From the NCBI GenBank assembly GCA_005889295.1, contig VBEY01000059.1:1-47774 (forward strand): a stretch of DNA of 47,774 nucleotides. Reading direction: 5' to 3'. The notes below the pieces were generated by a model, which made no database searches, was not told the origin of the DNA, and worked only from the letters and a program-made list of their open reading frames with translations. Made by a program: the position numbers and the translations under genes. This DNA is from Chloroflexota bacterium. Lineage in GTDB: Bacteria; Chloroflexota; Limnocylindria; P2-11E. Of the stretch, positions 28,538 through 38,603 are shown in pieces (positions within the stretch are counted from its first letter, which is position 1; the number at the start of each line of letters is the position of its first letter).

Positions 28538-29386
28538 GTGCCACAGATCACCGATGCCGGTCTTCGCGCGCGCGCACTTGCCGACCAGGCCACCGCCGCG
28601 GCGCTTGAGGCGGACTGGCCGCGCGCCGCGGAGCTGAACCAAAAGCTCGTCGATGCTTCACCGGATGACGTCGAGGCCCGCAACCGGCTGGGCCGGGCGC
28701 TCCTCGAGCTCGGCAGGCTGGATGAGGCCAAGGCTGCTTTCGCCGAGGTCCTCAGGATCGAGCCCTACAACTCCATCGCCCTCCGCGGCAACTCGCGCGT
28801 CGCGACCCTGCAGGAACACAAGACCAAACCGTTCACGACGACGACCAAGACGCAGCCCCGCCTCTTCATTGAGGACATGGGAAAAACGGGGATCCTCCGC
28901 CTGATCAATCCGGCTCCCACCCACGTGCTCGCGAAATACAGCCCGGGTGCGGAGTGCGAGCTACGCGAGCAGGAAGGCCTTCTTGCGGTCCATGCGCGTG
29001 ACGGCGAGCTCATCGGATTCCTGGAGCCGAAGGTCGGGCGCCGCCTGATCGACCTCCTGCGCACTGGCAACCAGTACGTCGCCGCGATCGTGAGCAACGA
29101 TCCCGCGAACGCGCGGGTGGCCATACGCGAGGTGTTCTCGAGCCCTGAGAACGCGAGCCGCATCTCCTTCCCCGGCCACCACCGCTCCGCGGAGACGAAG
29201 GAGCGCGCCTACGTCCGGGGCACCTTCTTCCGCGATGGCGGGGAAGAGATCGAGGAAGAGGCCGAGGAGGTCGAAGAGGAAACCCCGGTCGCCGAGGAAG
29301 TGCTCGAGGAGGCCGAGGTCACGGAAGAGCCGCTCGCCGTCGACACCGAGGACGACGACGATTCGGAGGACGAAGCCGAAGAGTGA
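28538..29386 (+). CDS. TPR protein with HIRAN-like domain and acidic tail
   Basis: SD GGAGGA; TPR (ARNRLGRALLELG.LDEA); GELIGFLEPKVGRRL..LL..GNQY; about 48-aa Glu/Asp-rich tail. Confidence 0.8.
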   Translation: MPQITDAGLRARALADQATAAALEADWPRAAELNQKLVDASPDDVEARNRLGRALLELGRLDEAKAAFAEVLRIEPYNSIALRGNSRVATLQEHKTKPFTTTTKTQPRLFIEDMGKTGILRLINPAPTHVLAKYSPGAECELREQEGLLAVHARDGELIGFLEPKVGRRLIDLLRTGNQYVAAIVSNDPANARVAIREVFSSPENASRISFPGHHRSAETKERAYVRGTFFRDGGEEIEEEAEEVEEETPVAEEVLEEAEVTEEPLAVDTEDDDDSEDEAEE

Positions 29387-31176
29387 GCGGCGCGTTCGCG
29401 CGCCGCGCGCTTGGACCCGTTGTGGGTCTCGCGTTCCTCTCGGCTTGCATCGACTCCACTCCGCCGCCGAAGAGCACGGTCTCGAACGACGTCGAAGGCG
29501 CACCCAGGCTCGCGCGTGACGCCGGTGCCGTGCTCCTTCAGGTATCCGCCTATGACTACGGCCTTGCCGGTGCGCTCGGCGGAGCGCAAACGCGCACCGT
29601 CGCGGCGTCGCGATACGGCGCCGTCATGCGGAACACCGCGAAGACGATCTCCGCGTTCAACGCCACCGTCCTCGCCGGGACGCTCGATCGCGCAGGCCCG
29701 ATCCGCGAAAAGCTCGTGCCGCTCGCCGATGGACTCACCGACGTGGCGCGCGACGGCGAGACCTACGCCGATGGCGGCGACCCGACCGCGTTCGCCCGCG
29801 TGATCTCCGACGTCACCGCGGGGTGGCAGCGCCTTCGCGATCTCTCGACGGTCCTGCCCAAAGATGACGTTCTACAAGGCACGATCGCGCGCGGCATGTC
29901 GTTCGTGGTGAGGAGCACGTCGTCCTCGCAATCCACGATCACGACCGGCCCGTACGCGACCGCGGCTGAGGCCAAGCAGGCGCTCCAGCGCATGGGCTCG
30001 CCACTGAACGGGTCGTTCACCCAGATCGCTCCGTTCATCGTGCGCATCGGGCCATACAGCGATCGCGCCGCCGCGGACACGGCGAGCGCCGGCCTGACGA
30101 AGCAGGGAGTCACGAACATCGTCACCGACGCCGCGTCGTTCACGTTTGCCCGAAGCGGACCGCTCCCGGACGCGGAGCTCTGGCGCGAGCCGTCGCGCAT
30201 CCAGGAGGTGCGTGCGACCTCGCGACGGATCGCTGTGAGCTCGGACGGGGCGTGGCTTCTCGCCGGTAGCGACGACGGCTATGCCGCGCTCTTCGATCCA
30301 AAGGGGAAGCTGACGGCGCTTCCCCAGGGCTTCGCCGGCATGAGCGTGCTCCAGTTCTCCGACGGCGGAAACGAGCAAACCTTCGCGGTCGGCGGCCAGG
30401 TTGTCACCTTCCTCGCCGTCCCATCAGGAAAGAACATCGGCTCCGGCATGCGGTTCACCGGCGCGGCCACCCAGATCCTGTTCGTGTCCTCGACGCGCGT
30501 CTTCGTGGCGGCCTCGGCAGGCGCCACCGGCCTTCCGGGTGGCGGTCCGGGGCTGATCGGCGGTCGTGCCGCGGACGGCGAGGTCATCGGCGATCCGTTC
30601 CCGATCGTGACGCCCGCCGCCGGCGCCCGGATCGCCGCGAGCGACGCCGGGGACGTCTACGTCGGCACCACGAGCGGCGGCGCATTCGATGTGGAGGTCT
30701 TCCGCCCGGGTCGGGACTCCGAGCTGGCGGCGGTGGCGCGCGTCGCCGGAGCCGGGGTCGCACTCGCGGTCGATCGGTCCGCACGGTTCGCGGCGGCCGT
30801 CACCGATCAGGGCACCTACCGCTTCGCCCTTGCCGATCCGCAGACCCTGACCAGGGTCGCCGGGGTTGTACGCGATGTCGCCTTCGCGCCGGACGGCACT
30901 CTTTACGCGCTCGATCAGACCTCGCTCCTCGCCTTCGGACCGGACGGAGCGCTCCGGTGGACGGCTCCGCTCGTCGACGGAAGGCGGCTCGTCGTGGGAA
31001 CGCGCGCGGTCGTGCTCGACGGCACCGACAAGGTCCTCGCATTCGATCCGGCTGACGGTTCGGCCGACGAGCTGGGCGCAGGCGGAGCGATCAGCGACCT
31101 CACCATGTCGCGTGACGGCCGCGTCGTCGGGGTCATCGTGGACGCGAGGAGGGCCGTACTCTTCACACTGCCTTGA
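29383..31176 (+). CDS. Lipoprotein with SPOR-like domain and beta-propeller
   Basis: Lipobox LSAC; GPY.T.AEA and VRIGPYSDRAAA SPOR-like repeats; C-terminal blades (FAPDG, MSRDG). Confidence 0.75.
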   Translation: MSGAFARRALGPVVGLAFLSACIDSTPPPKSTVSNDVEGAPRLARDAGAVLLQVSAYDYGLAGALGGAQTRTVAASRYGAVMRNTAKTISAFNATVLAGTLDRAGPIREKLVPLADGLTDVARDGETYADGGDPTAFARVISDVTAGWQRLRDLSTVLPKDDVLQGTIARGMSFVVRSTSSSQSTITTGPYATAAEAKQALQRMGSPLNGSFTQIAPFIVRIGPYSDRAAADTASAGLTKQGVTNIVTDAASFTFARSGPLPDAELWREPSRIQEVRATSRRIAVSSDGAWLLAGSDDGYAALFDPKGKLTALPQGFAGMSVLQFSDGGNEQTFAVGGQVVTFLAVPSGKNIGSGMRFTGAATQILFVSSTRVFVAASAGATGLPGGGPGLIGGRAADGEVIGDPFPIVTPAAGARIAASDAGDVYVGTTSGGAFDVEVFRPGRDSELAAVARVAGAGVALAVDRSARFAAAVTDQGTYRFALADPQTLTRVAGVVRDVAFAPDGTLYALDQTSLLAFGPDGALRWTAPLVDGRRLVVGTRAVVLDGTDKVLAFDPADGSADELGAGGAISDLTMSRDGRVVGVIVDARRAVLFTLP

Positions 31177-33602
31177 GCCAACCAGAGCGCGTCCGCTCCA
31201 TGGTCCCGCTCGAGATCATTCCTCTTCCCCGTCCGCTTGACCGATTCGGCACCGCCTTTCCCTCCGCGCTCGCGGATATCTACACGAACGCGTACGCGCC
31301 GCGGCGCGGGGTCGTCCTCGACCCGCTCGCCTATCCCTGGTCCGCTGCCGACGCCGCCGAGCGCGCCGATCGACGAGGCGTCGCGAAGTCCCGTGAGCCC
31401 CTCGGCGAATGGGCCCGACGGGTCATCGCGCTCGCGCCGGCGGGCGACGAGATCCTCGCCGCGCTCGATCGCGTGGGAGAGAGCGCGCTCGTCGGCACTC
31501 CGCATCGCGTCGCGATGCGCGAGCTTTACGGCTCGACCTGCGCGACCTGCCGTGGTCCGGTGATCGTCGAAGCCTTCCTCTGGGAGCGCGACGCGCCGGT
31601 GCCCACGAAGAAGGCGTTCCGCTGCGGCATCTGCGCCCGCGAAGGGCGCGCGCTCCTGATCGAAGCCACGAACGACGACGACGCCGAATCGAGCCAACGG
31701 CTCGACGAACGCGGCATGGCGTACTGGCAATTCGTCGAGCGGTTCGGGCCCGACCCGAACGCGCAAGCGCTCGGCGAGACGACCGCCGCCCTCTACACGC
31801 CGCGCAATCTGACCGCGCTCATGGCGACGTTGCGCGCCGTCGAGACCGCCGTGCCGGCTTCGCCGATCCGCGACGTCCTTCTGTTGTGCGTGCTCGAGAT
31901 CCTCATCGCGGGCAGCCGCCTGAACACGCTCTCCGGACGCGGCGCGCCTCTTCGTGTCGAGAAGGGTCGCGCCCGTCGGTCGCACGCGTCGCAATCGCGC
32001 GAAGCGAACGTCTGGCTCGAGTTCGACCGGACCGTGCGCGAGCTCGTAGCCTGGCTTGCGCAGCATCCCTCGCCGGCTCGTCCGCGGTCGGCCACGCTCG
32101 CGCTGGATACGGGCGACGCCGATCTCGTGCTCTGCCAGGCCCCCGTCGAGGACTTCCTCGGTGGGTGGAGCGCCGTCGCGGCGGTCGCCCTTCTCGGCAT
32201 CCGCGGCACGAAGCCCACCGATGCCGGCGAGGGACGCGTCGTCGGGCGAGAGCGCTTGCTGCGGACGATGCGCGCCGGGCTCATCGACGGTCATCGCGGA
32301 TCGCGCCCCGACGCACCGGCCGTCGTCTACGTGCCGCACGCCGACCTCGTTACGATTGCCGCGGTCGCCCTGGCCGGTGCCGGTGCCGGTTATCGCCTAC
32401 GCGGGATCACCTACCAACGCGACGCGCTCGCCACCGCGGTGGCGAGCGGGACCGGTGCGGCGGCGGTCTGCGATTTCGACCGTGATGTCCCGCTCCTCCG
32501 TGATCAGGGCGCGGCCGACGCAGCTGCGATCGAGGACGCGATCCGTGCTGGAGTGCGCGAAGTCATCCGCTCGCGCGGCGAGCCCGTGGCAACCGACCGC
32601 GCGGCGGTCGCCGCACTCGAGTCGCTTGCCGCCCGCAAGCTCCTCGCCCCGCTGACTCTTGCGCGCGCGGGTGGCGTCTCGGAGCTCGAGGTGTTCGTCG
32701 ACCACTTCCGCTCAGCGCTCGCCGACGCGACGCGATCGGGCATCGTGCGGATCGAGCTCGATGGCGCCGCAGCGGAACACGCGCACGATACGACCGTCTA
32801 CTCGCTCGCCGAGCCGATCGATGCGACCCCGCTCGACGACCGCATCGAGTGGGGAGTCTGGGGACTTCTCTCGGCCTCCAAGGAGATCGAGACGCGCCAG
32901 CTGCTCCGGCGTGCCTACGGCCTGTTCCGCGATGTCGAGACGCCAGACCGCGAGCTCGTCGAGCGATGCATCGCGGCCTACGGACATCAAGGCGACGACG
33001 GACGCTGGCGCCTCCGCGATGAGGACGCCCTTGTCCGCCGGCAAGCGGACCAAACGCTCCTCGCCGTGCAGCTGGTCGACGCGGGGCGACGGCTCGGTTT
33101 CAAGGTGCACGTCGGCCGCGACCTCGAGCGGCGCGCGCTCCCGGAAGCGCATCTTCACCGCGGGGCGGTACTGGGCGATCTCATGACCGAAGCGGAGCGC
33201 GCGTCGGACATGTCCGGCGACTCGCGAATCCACTCCGACGCCCTCGATTACATCGACTGTGTCTGGTACGACAAGGGCCGGATGGTCTTCCTCTGGCAGC
33301 TCGAATGGACGGCGCGTCTCCATCGGAGCGTGGTTGCCCTTGGCGAGGCCCTTCCGGACGAAGACCGGATCTTCCGTTTCTTCGCCATTGCCGACGAGCG
33401 CCGAAGCCTCGCGGAGTTCAAGCTACGGCGCGCCGCCGCCACGGCCGAGGTGGTTCGACGGCGAGGCTGGCGCTTCGTAAAGTGGGGGCCGCTACGATCG
33501 TGGGCAACACAGCCGGATGTGGCGCTGGACTTGCTCGAGCCGGTCCTGGGCCTCTCTCCCGAGGTGGAACAAACCGGCCAGCAACTGGCGTTTAGGTGGT
33601 GA
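31173..33602 (+). CDS. Degenerate DNA methyltransferase-like protein with Zn ribbon and C-terminal nuclease-like fold
   Basis: VVLDPLA (motif I-like), [25 protein letters not shown] (DPPY position), IDCVW...WQLE. Confidence 0.6.
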   Translation: MSQPERVRSMVPLEIIPLPRPLDRFGTAFPSALADIYTNAYAPRRGVVLDPLAYPWSAADAAERADRRGVAKSREPLGEWARRVIALAPAGDEILAALDRVGESALVGTPHRVAMRELYGSTCATCRGPVIVEAFLWERDAPVPTKKAFRCGICAREGRALLIEATNDDDAESSQRLDERGMAYWQFVERFGPDPNAQALGETTAALYTPRNLTALMATLRAVETAVPASPIRDVLLLCVLEILIAGSRLNTLSGRGAPLRVEKGRARRSHASQSREANVWLEFDRTVRELVAWLAQHPSPARPRSATLALDTGDADLVLCQAPVEDFLGGWSAVAAVALLGIRGTKPTDAGEGRVVGRERLLRTMRAGLIDGHRGSRPDAPAVVYVPHADLVTIAAVALAGAGAGYRLRGITYQRDALATAVASGTGAAAVCDFDRDVPLLRDQGAADAAAIEDAIRAGVREVIRSRGEPVATDRAAVAALESLAARKLLAPLTLARAGGVSELEVFVDHFRSALADATRSGIVRIELDGAAAEHAHDTTVYSLAEPIDATPLDDRIEWGVWGLLSASKEIETRQLLRRAYGLFRDVETPDRELVERCIAAYGHQGDDGRWRLRDEDALVRRQADQTLLAVQLVDAGRRLGFKVHVGRDLERRALPEAHLHRGAVLGDLMTEAERASDMSGDSRIHSDALDYIDCVWYDKGRMVFLWQLEWTARLHRSVVALGEALPDEDRIFRFFAIADERRSLAEFKLRRAAATAEVVRRRGWRFVKWGPLRSWATQPDVALDLLEPVLGLSPEVEQTGQQLAFRW

Positions 33603-33616
33603 CAGGAGGCATGTCA

Positions 33617-33958
33617 ATGTCCAAGCCACAGGTAGTGAGCGACCAGAACTTCGAGGCGGAAGTCATCAAATCCGACACTCCGGTGCTGGTCGATTTCTGG
33701 GCGGCCTGGTGTGGCCCCTGTCGCATGGTCGCTCCCGTCCTCGAAGAGATCGCGACCGAGCAGGGCGAGAAAGTGAAGATCGCCAAGCTCGATGTCGACG
33801 CCAATCCGATCACGGCCGGTCGCTTCGGAGTCCGCTCGATCCCGACGATGATCCTGTTCAAGAACGGGCGCGAGGCTCAGCGCGTTGTCGGCTACATGCC
33901 GAAGGAAAAGCTCCTCCAGCAGATTCAGCCCCACCTCACCGGAACCGCCGCGGCTTAA
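33617..33958 (+). CDS. trxA: Thioredoxin
   Basis: [17 protein letters not shown]; SD AGGAGG at 33604-09. Confidence 0.97.
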   Translation: MSKPQVVSDQNFEAEVIKSDTPVLVDFWAAWCGPCRMVAPVLEEIATEQGEKVKIAKLDVDANPITAGRFGVRSIPTMILFKNGREAQRVVGYMPKEKLLQQIQPHLTGTAAA

Positions 33959-33972
33959 CGCGGCGCCCCGCG

Positions 33973-34710
33973 ATGACCATCGTTCTCCGGCCGCGCGCGT
34001 CGCTGTTCCACGCCGAAGGAGGCTGGTTCAGCGCGAACTGGCACTTCAGCTTCGACCAGTACTCGGACGAGGCCAACATGGGAATCGGTGATCTCCGCGT
34101 CTTCAACGACGATCGCCTCGTTCCGGGAGCGGCATGGCCGATGCACCCGCACCGCGACATCGAGGGCATCACCTACGTCGCCGAGGGCACGTTCGAACAC
34201 GCGGATTCGCGCGGCAACGGCGGCATCCTTCATCCGGGCGCGGTGCAGCGCGCGACGCTCGGATCGGGGATGCAGCACTCCGAGCGGAACGCCTCCAAGA
34301 CCGAGCCGATGCGTTTCATCCAGATGTGGATCATGCCCTCGCGTCGCGGGCTCGACCCGAGCATCGAGCAGCGCGAGTTCGCATTGGAGTCGCGGCGGAA
34401 TGTGCTGAAGCCCGTCCTCGTACCCGCGCCCGGGTTCGGCGGCGACGGCGCACCGAAGGCTGGCGATGCGGTGACCGTCCACCAGGATGCGGCGGTGTAC
34501 GCCGCCGTGCTGGACGCAAGCAAAAAGGTCCGTCACACGTTCCGCCCCGGGTTCGGTGGGTATCTTTTCGTGGTGCACGGCTCGCTCGCCCAACCCAGGC
34601 TGGACGAGGGTGGGGCGGCCAAGATCCTCGAAGAAAAGGCCCTTGAGCTTGAAGCCGGTCCGACCGGCGCCGAGGTCCTGCTCGTGGAGACGCGCACCCG
34701 CCCCGCCTGA
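33973..34710 (+). CDS. Pirin family protein
   Basis: HFSF, LRVFNDD, MHPHRDIE, HADS.GN, HSE.N, QMWI, HQDA. Confidence 0.93.
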   Translation: MTIVLRPRASLFHAEGGWFSANWHFSFDQYSDEANMGIGDLRVFNDDRLVPGAAWPMHPHRDIEGITYVAEGTFEHADSRGNGGILHPGAVQRATLGSGMQHSERNASKTEPMRFIQMWIMPSRRGLDPSIEQREFALESRRNVLKPVLVPAPGFGGDGAPKAGDAVTVHQDAAVYAAVLDASKKVRHTFRPGFGGYLFVVHGSLAQPRLDEGGAAKILEEKALELEAGPTGAEVLLVETRTRPA

Positions 34711-34722
34711 GCGTCAGCTGCA

Positions 34723-34759
34723 GTCGTTACGGCTTTGCGCCACCTGAGGCCGTAGCGGC
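34723..34759 (+). terminator. RNA hairpin downstream of pirin (no U-tract)
   Basis: 13-bp stem GTCGTTACGGCTT/AGGCCGTAGCGGC containing three G-U pairs. Confidence 0.45.
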
Positions 34760-34828
34760 CCTCTACCGTTCGCGTTCACAGATACGCGGCCGCGGCATGC
34801 GCGCCGGCGGCAGGAGGGAAGCCACAAG

Positions 34829-35299
34829 ATGCGCGAATACCAAAGCGGGAGCGACGGGGCGGGTAACGCGACGTTCGGCCCAGGGCTGGTTTTCGAAGGA
34901 AAGCTGAGTTTTCAGGGTCAGGTCCGGTTCGACGGGACGTTCACCGGGGAGATCACAACCGACGACCTCCTGATCATCGGCGAGACCGCCAAAGTCTCCG
35001 CCGACATCACCTGCGGCTCGGTCGTGATCAATGGCGAGGTCAACGGAAAGATCAAGGCTCGCGACTCGGTCGAGCTCCGTGGACACGCCCGTGTGAAGGC
35101 CGATCTCGCGACGCCGTCCCTCGTCATGGACAAGGGTGTGGTGTTCGACGGCTACTGCAACATGATGGACAAGCGCGACGTCGTACCGCTCGTGACCGGC
35201 GAAGAGCGCCGGAAGTCGTGGCAGTCGGGTCGCGGCAAGCACCAGGGTCGCGCCAACCGCGAGGTCGAGTCACAGCCGGCGGATCTCTCGGCGCAGTGA
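34829..35299 (+). CDS. Bactofilin (polymer-forming cytoskeletal protein)
   Basis: FEGKLSF.G.VRFDG.F.GEI...L.IGE.A.V.ADI...GEV.G.I.A...VEL...A.V beta-helix pattern. Confidence 0.92.
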   Translation: MREYQSGSDGAGNATFGPGLVFEGKLSFQGQVRFDGTFTGEITTDDLLIIGETAKVSADITCGSVVINGEVNGKIKARDSVELRGHARVKADLATPSLVMDKGVVFDGYCNMMDKRDVVPLVTGEERRKSWQSGRGKHQGRANREVESQPADLSAQ

Positions 35300-35303
35300 T
35301 GTA

Positions 35304-35334
35304 ACGCGCGTGCTGAATACGTCGGCACGCGCGT
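35304..35334. terminator. Hairpin between convergent genes (bidirectional terminator candidate)
   Basis: Stem ACGCGCGTGCTGA/TCGGCACGCGCGT with a 5-nt loop. Confidence 0.55.
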
Positions 35335-35336
35335 GC

Positions 35337-35765
35337 CTATGTCGGTGTGATGAGCTTCACCGCGATCAATTCTTGCGTCGCCCAAAGCACCAGTCGCTCG
35401 CAGCGGTCCGCGGCGTCCTGCGCATCTTTGCGACTGGCGGGTTTGTCTTCGTACTCGACGCGGTTCTTCTGATTGATCAACGCGCGGAGCTGATTCGCCT
35501 TGGTGCGGTACTCGCTTGAGTTCCTTCCGACCTCCTCCAAAAGAGCCGCCGCCACCAGGTGGTTCGGATCTCCCGAACGCCGTCCACCGATCCCTATGCA
35601 GACAGCGTCGGCTGTGCTGATCCCGGCGTGGACGGCGCACAACACGGTCGAGTCAAAGCGGCCGTCTTGAAGCTGCTGCACCGCGCTCTCGCAGAACTGC
35701 TTGGCCTTCGTTAAGAACAACGGGGCTTTGTGGCGGGCAGTGACGATGACCTTGACCTTAGGCAT
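35337..35765 (-). CDS. HEPN domain protein (putative toxin)
   Basis: Helical pattern KA.QF..SA...AVHAGIS.ADA...H...KN..EY; overlaps the MNT gene. Confidence 0.8.
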   Translation of the reverse strand: MPKVKVIVTARHKAPLFLTKAKQFCESAVQQLQDGRFDSTVLCAVHAGISTADAVCIGIGGRRSGDPNHLVAAALLEEVGRNSSEYRTKANQLRALINQKNRVEYEDKPASRKDAQDAADRCERLVLWATQELIAVKLITPT

Positions 35766-36393
35766 GCGCGGACTCGTCTTGCGGTGGCAATATCCGGATG
35801 CCCTCTTTGGCGATGCGACTCCATAGGTCACGCCCCGCGCCTCCTTGGACTCGACGGCGCAGAGGCTTGGTGCTGAAATGGACGCTCAGATCGCTGCCGA
35901 AACGCCGGCGGACTTCATCGGCGAGATCGAGCGACGCCGCTTCGGCTGCGGGCGCGCTGGAAGGCGAAACGACCACTGCCAAGTCGATGTCGCTCCCCGA
36001 ATGTGCCTCGCCCCTGGCGAAGCTCCCGAAGAGGTATGCCTCCTGAACTCCCTTCACGACCACGGGTAGGCGTGTACGAAGGTAGCGCCGGAGCTCGGCG
36101 TCGACCTCCGCCTCTTGCCGGAAGAGCTCATGGACGAGGCCGTAGAGGAGATGAGCGCGATTCAGTTGGTATAGGTCCGCCCGCCCGGCGCGCTGCCGGC
36201 TCGTGACGCCGAGCTGCGCAAGCGAAGACAAGACTTCCGAAGCGCGCGGGTGAGTGACCCCGGCGCGGCGCGCGAGATCACGTACGCTCATGCCAAGGCC
36301 CTCCGGGATTGCGTCAAGGGCGCGCAAGATCCGGATGTGGCTGCGGCTGGCGAGCACGTCATCGAGCGCGGCGGCGGTTCGCATAGGGCCCAC
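35758..36393 (-). CDS. HTH + minimal nucleotidyltransferase (MNT) antitoxin
   Basis: N-terminal winged HTH (SVRDLARRAGVT) and LFGSFARGE...SDIDL. Start is GTG 36393 or ATG 36384. Confidence 0.88.
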   Translation of the reverse strand: MGPMRTAAALDDVLASRSHIRILRALDAIPEGLGMSVRDLARRAGVTHPRASEVLSSLAQLGVTSRQRAGRADLYQLNRAHLLYGLVHELFRQEAEVDAELRRYLRTRLPVVVKGVQEAYLFGSFARGEAHSGSDIDLAVVVSPSSAPAAEAASLDLADEVRRRFGSDLSVHFSTKPLRRRVQGGAGRDLWSRIAKEGIRILPPQDESAHA

Positions 36394-36400
36394 TTTCGGC

Positions 36401-36442
36401 TATGGAACGTTTAATTACCATATGGTACTAAAAGGTTCCATA
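36401..36442. promoter_or_regulatory. Tandem palindromic operators upstream of the MNT-HEPN pair
   Basis: TATGGAAC-N6-TTACCATA (36401-22) and TATGGTAC-N6-GTTCCATA (36421-42) in an AT-rich stretch. Confidence 0.7.
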
Positions 36443-36468
36443 ACGCGAAACCGTCACCGGATCCTAGG

Positions 36469-37611
36469 TCAGTTCCTCTGAGCGAGGATCGCTTCGTAGC
36501 TCTCCGGATCCGTCGCGCCCTCGGAATTCACCAGCGCGATGCGCGAGTCGGAGGTGATGCCGAGTCGCGAGCGAATCGTCTTGTCTGAGCATGCGATCCG
36601 CGCGCCGGCGAGCCCGGCGGCGCCAGACGCGCCGGCGATGACGCCCGCTCGCGCGAGATCTCGCACGGCGCTCGCCGCCTCATTGTCGGTGACCACGAGG
36701 ACGGCGTCGGCACCGGCCAACAGAACCGGCCACGCGACGGCCGACACGCTCTGACAGCGGAGGCACGCCATCACGGTCGGTACGTCGGCCACCGATCGTG
36801 GCGCGCCCGAACTGAGCGATTCTGCGATGGCGTTCGATCCTTCGGGTTCGACGATGACGACCTTCGCTCGGCTGGAGACACGGCGCAGACTCGAGACGCC
36901 GGCCGCCGAGAGACCGCCGACGCCCGCCTGCACGAACAGAAAGTCCGGCACCTCCACAAGCTCGCTGAGGAACTCCTCGAAGAGCGTGCCGTACCCGACC
37001 ATGACATCGCTCGCGAAGGCGCGCTCGTCCGGGGTGGCGTCGTCTCCGACCGTGTCCGGGCAGTACCAGTAACCTCGCGCCCGAGCCGTCGCTCGCGCCG
37101 CCGCGACGGCTTCGTCGTAGCTGCCTTTGACGAGCTCCACGCCGGCACCATGACCGGCGATCGCAGCGACGCGGCTGACCGCGCTGTCGGCAGGGAGGAA
37201 AACGACGCATCGGCATCCGAGAGCCTCGGCCAGGGCCGCGACAGCGCGCCCGTGGTTTCCATCACTGGCCGTGCAGAGAGTCGGTGGACCCAAACCGGGG
37301 GCAAGCGTGCGCAGCTCATGGAAAGAGATGAGCGTGTCCGGCGAAAAGCCCTTCATGTGCTTGACGCGTTCGTGGAGCGCCCACGAGCTGCCCAGGACCT
37401 TAAACGACGGAAGTCCGAAGCGTTCCTGCTCGTTCTTCACGGCAATCCGCGCGACCGTGCAGCTCTCGGCCACCTGCGGCAGATCGACAACGGGCGTCGT
37501 GGCGTAACCGGGCATCGTGCGGTGAAAGCGCGACGAGCCCGTCCCGCCTCTCCACGCCCCGACGTAAGCCGCATCGCGGTGCGGGTTCGTAACCAGGCGC
37601 CTCGTGCCCAT
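36469..37611 (-). CDS. dpaL: Diaminopropionate ammonia-lyase-like PLP enzyme
   Basis: FH..MPGY..TP, KNEQERFGLPSFK.LG, TASDGNHGRAVA, QAGVGG, GATDP. Confidence 0.85.
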   Translation of the reverse strand: MGTRRLVTNPHRDAAYVGAWRGGTGSSRFHRTMPGYATTPVVDLPQVAESCTVARIAVKNEQERFGLPSFKVLGSSWALHERVKHMKGFSPDTLISFHELRTLAPGLGPPTLCTASDGNHGRAVAALAEALGCRCVVFLPADSAVSRVAAIAGHGAGVELVKGSYDEAVAAARATARARGYWYCPDTVGDDATPDERAFASDVMVGYGTLFEEFLSELVEVPDFLFVQAGVGGLSAAGVSSLRRVSSRAKVVIVEPEGSNAIAESLSSGAPRSVADVPTVMACLRCQSVSAVAWPVLLAGADAVLVVTDNEAASAVRDLARAGVIAGASGAAGLAGARIACSDKTIRSRLGITSDSRIALVNSEGATDPESYEAILAQRN

Positions 37612-37693
37612 GCCGATGACGATATTCGGGCTGCTCTGAGACTCCGCTTGCACCTGCGACACCCGATCCCCGCGTAGCGTCGCGCCTGCAGTT

Positions 37694-38557
37694 ATGCGAC
37701 GTGTGCTCACAGGAATCCTGGGCGTGGCGATCGGGCTCCTCCTGGGCGCCTCCATCATTCGCGCTGCGCCCGCGCTCGACCCGCGCTGGCAGACGGTGGG
37801 CGTGGCGCACGAGACACCGCTCGTCGACCGCCTGACGCGGAGCGAAAGGGCATCGCTCCTTTTCGTCCCTGATTCGGTCACGAGCGAACCGACAGCGCTC
37901 GCAACCCTCGTCATGGTCCTCCCAGGCCTCGGCGCCGATGGCCGCGGCCTCGCGGAAGAGTTCGTGGCGGCCGCCGAAGAACACCGCTGGCTGCTGCTTG
38001 CGCCAAGCCCCGACTACGATCCGATCGGGAGCGAGAGCCTGAGCCTTGCCGATCTGCGGGTCGACGAGTCGCTCGTCGCTCTCACTGACCAGGTCATGGC
38101 GCACTCGCAATTCCACGTCGCGCCCGCCATGGATCTGGTCGGATTCTCACGCGGTGCCCAGAGCGCGCACCGGTTCGTACTCCGCCATCCCGAGCGTGTC
38201 GCCGCGCTCGCGAGCCTCTCGGCCGGCACCTACACCATGCCCTCGAACTCGGAGCCCTATCCGTACGGCATCGGGAACTTCGCCCTCTGGAACCATCAGA
38301 ACCCATTCGACGTGGTTGGCCTGCGACGGGTGCGCGTCTTCGTCGGTGTGGGCGGCGCCGACGCGAATCCTGCCGACGTCGCGCGTGACTGGGACGCCGT
38401 CGGCGGCACCACCCGGCTCGAGCGCGCCACGCGTTTCGCGCAGGCGCTGCGCCAGCTCGGCGTCCCGTCACGTTTCCAGGACTACCCCGGCGTCGGCCAC
38501 GTGTTCGTGCCTGCAATGCGGGCAGACGCCATCGCGTGGTTCCTAGGCGCCTCCTGA
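37694..38557 (+). CDS. Secreted alpha/beta hydrolase
   Basis: Signal peptide, GFSRGAQ nucleophile elbow, VG..D, GVGH. Confidence 0.85.
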   Translation: MRRVLTGILGVAIGLLLGASIIRAAPALDPRWQTVGVAHETPLVDRLTRSERASLLFVPDSVTSEPTALATLVMVLPGLGADGRGLAEEFVAAAEEHRWLLLAPSPDYDPIGSESLSLADLRVDESLVALTDQVMAHSQFHVAPAMDLVGFSRGAQSAHRFVLRHPERVAALASLSAGTYTMPSNSEPYPYGIGNFALWNHQNPFDVVGLRRVRVFVGVGGADANPADVARDWDAVGGTTRLERATRFAQALRQLGVPSRFQDYPGVGHVFVPAMRADAIAWFLGAS

Positions 38558-38603
38558 GTCGCGTACATACACTCGGTGCGCGGGTTTCTTCGGAAACTCA
38601 CCT

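Noticed and set aside
34723-34759. Integron attC-like site
   Set aside because: Lacks RYYYAAC...GTTRRRY ends. The G-U pairs fit a simple RNA hairpin, and no integrase is nearby.
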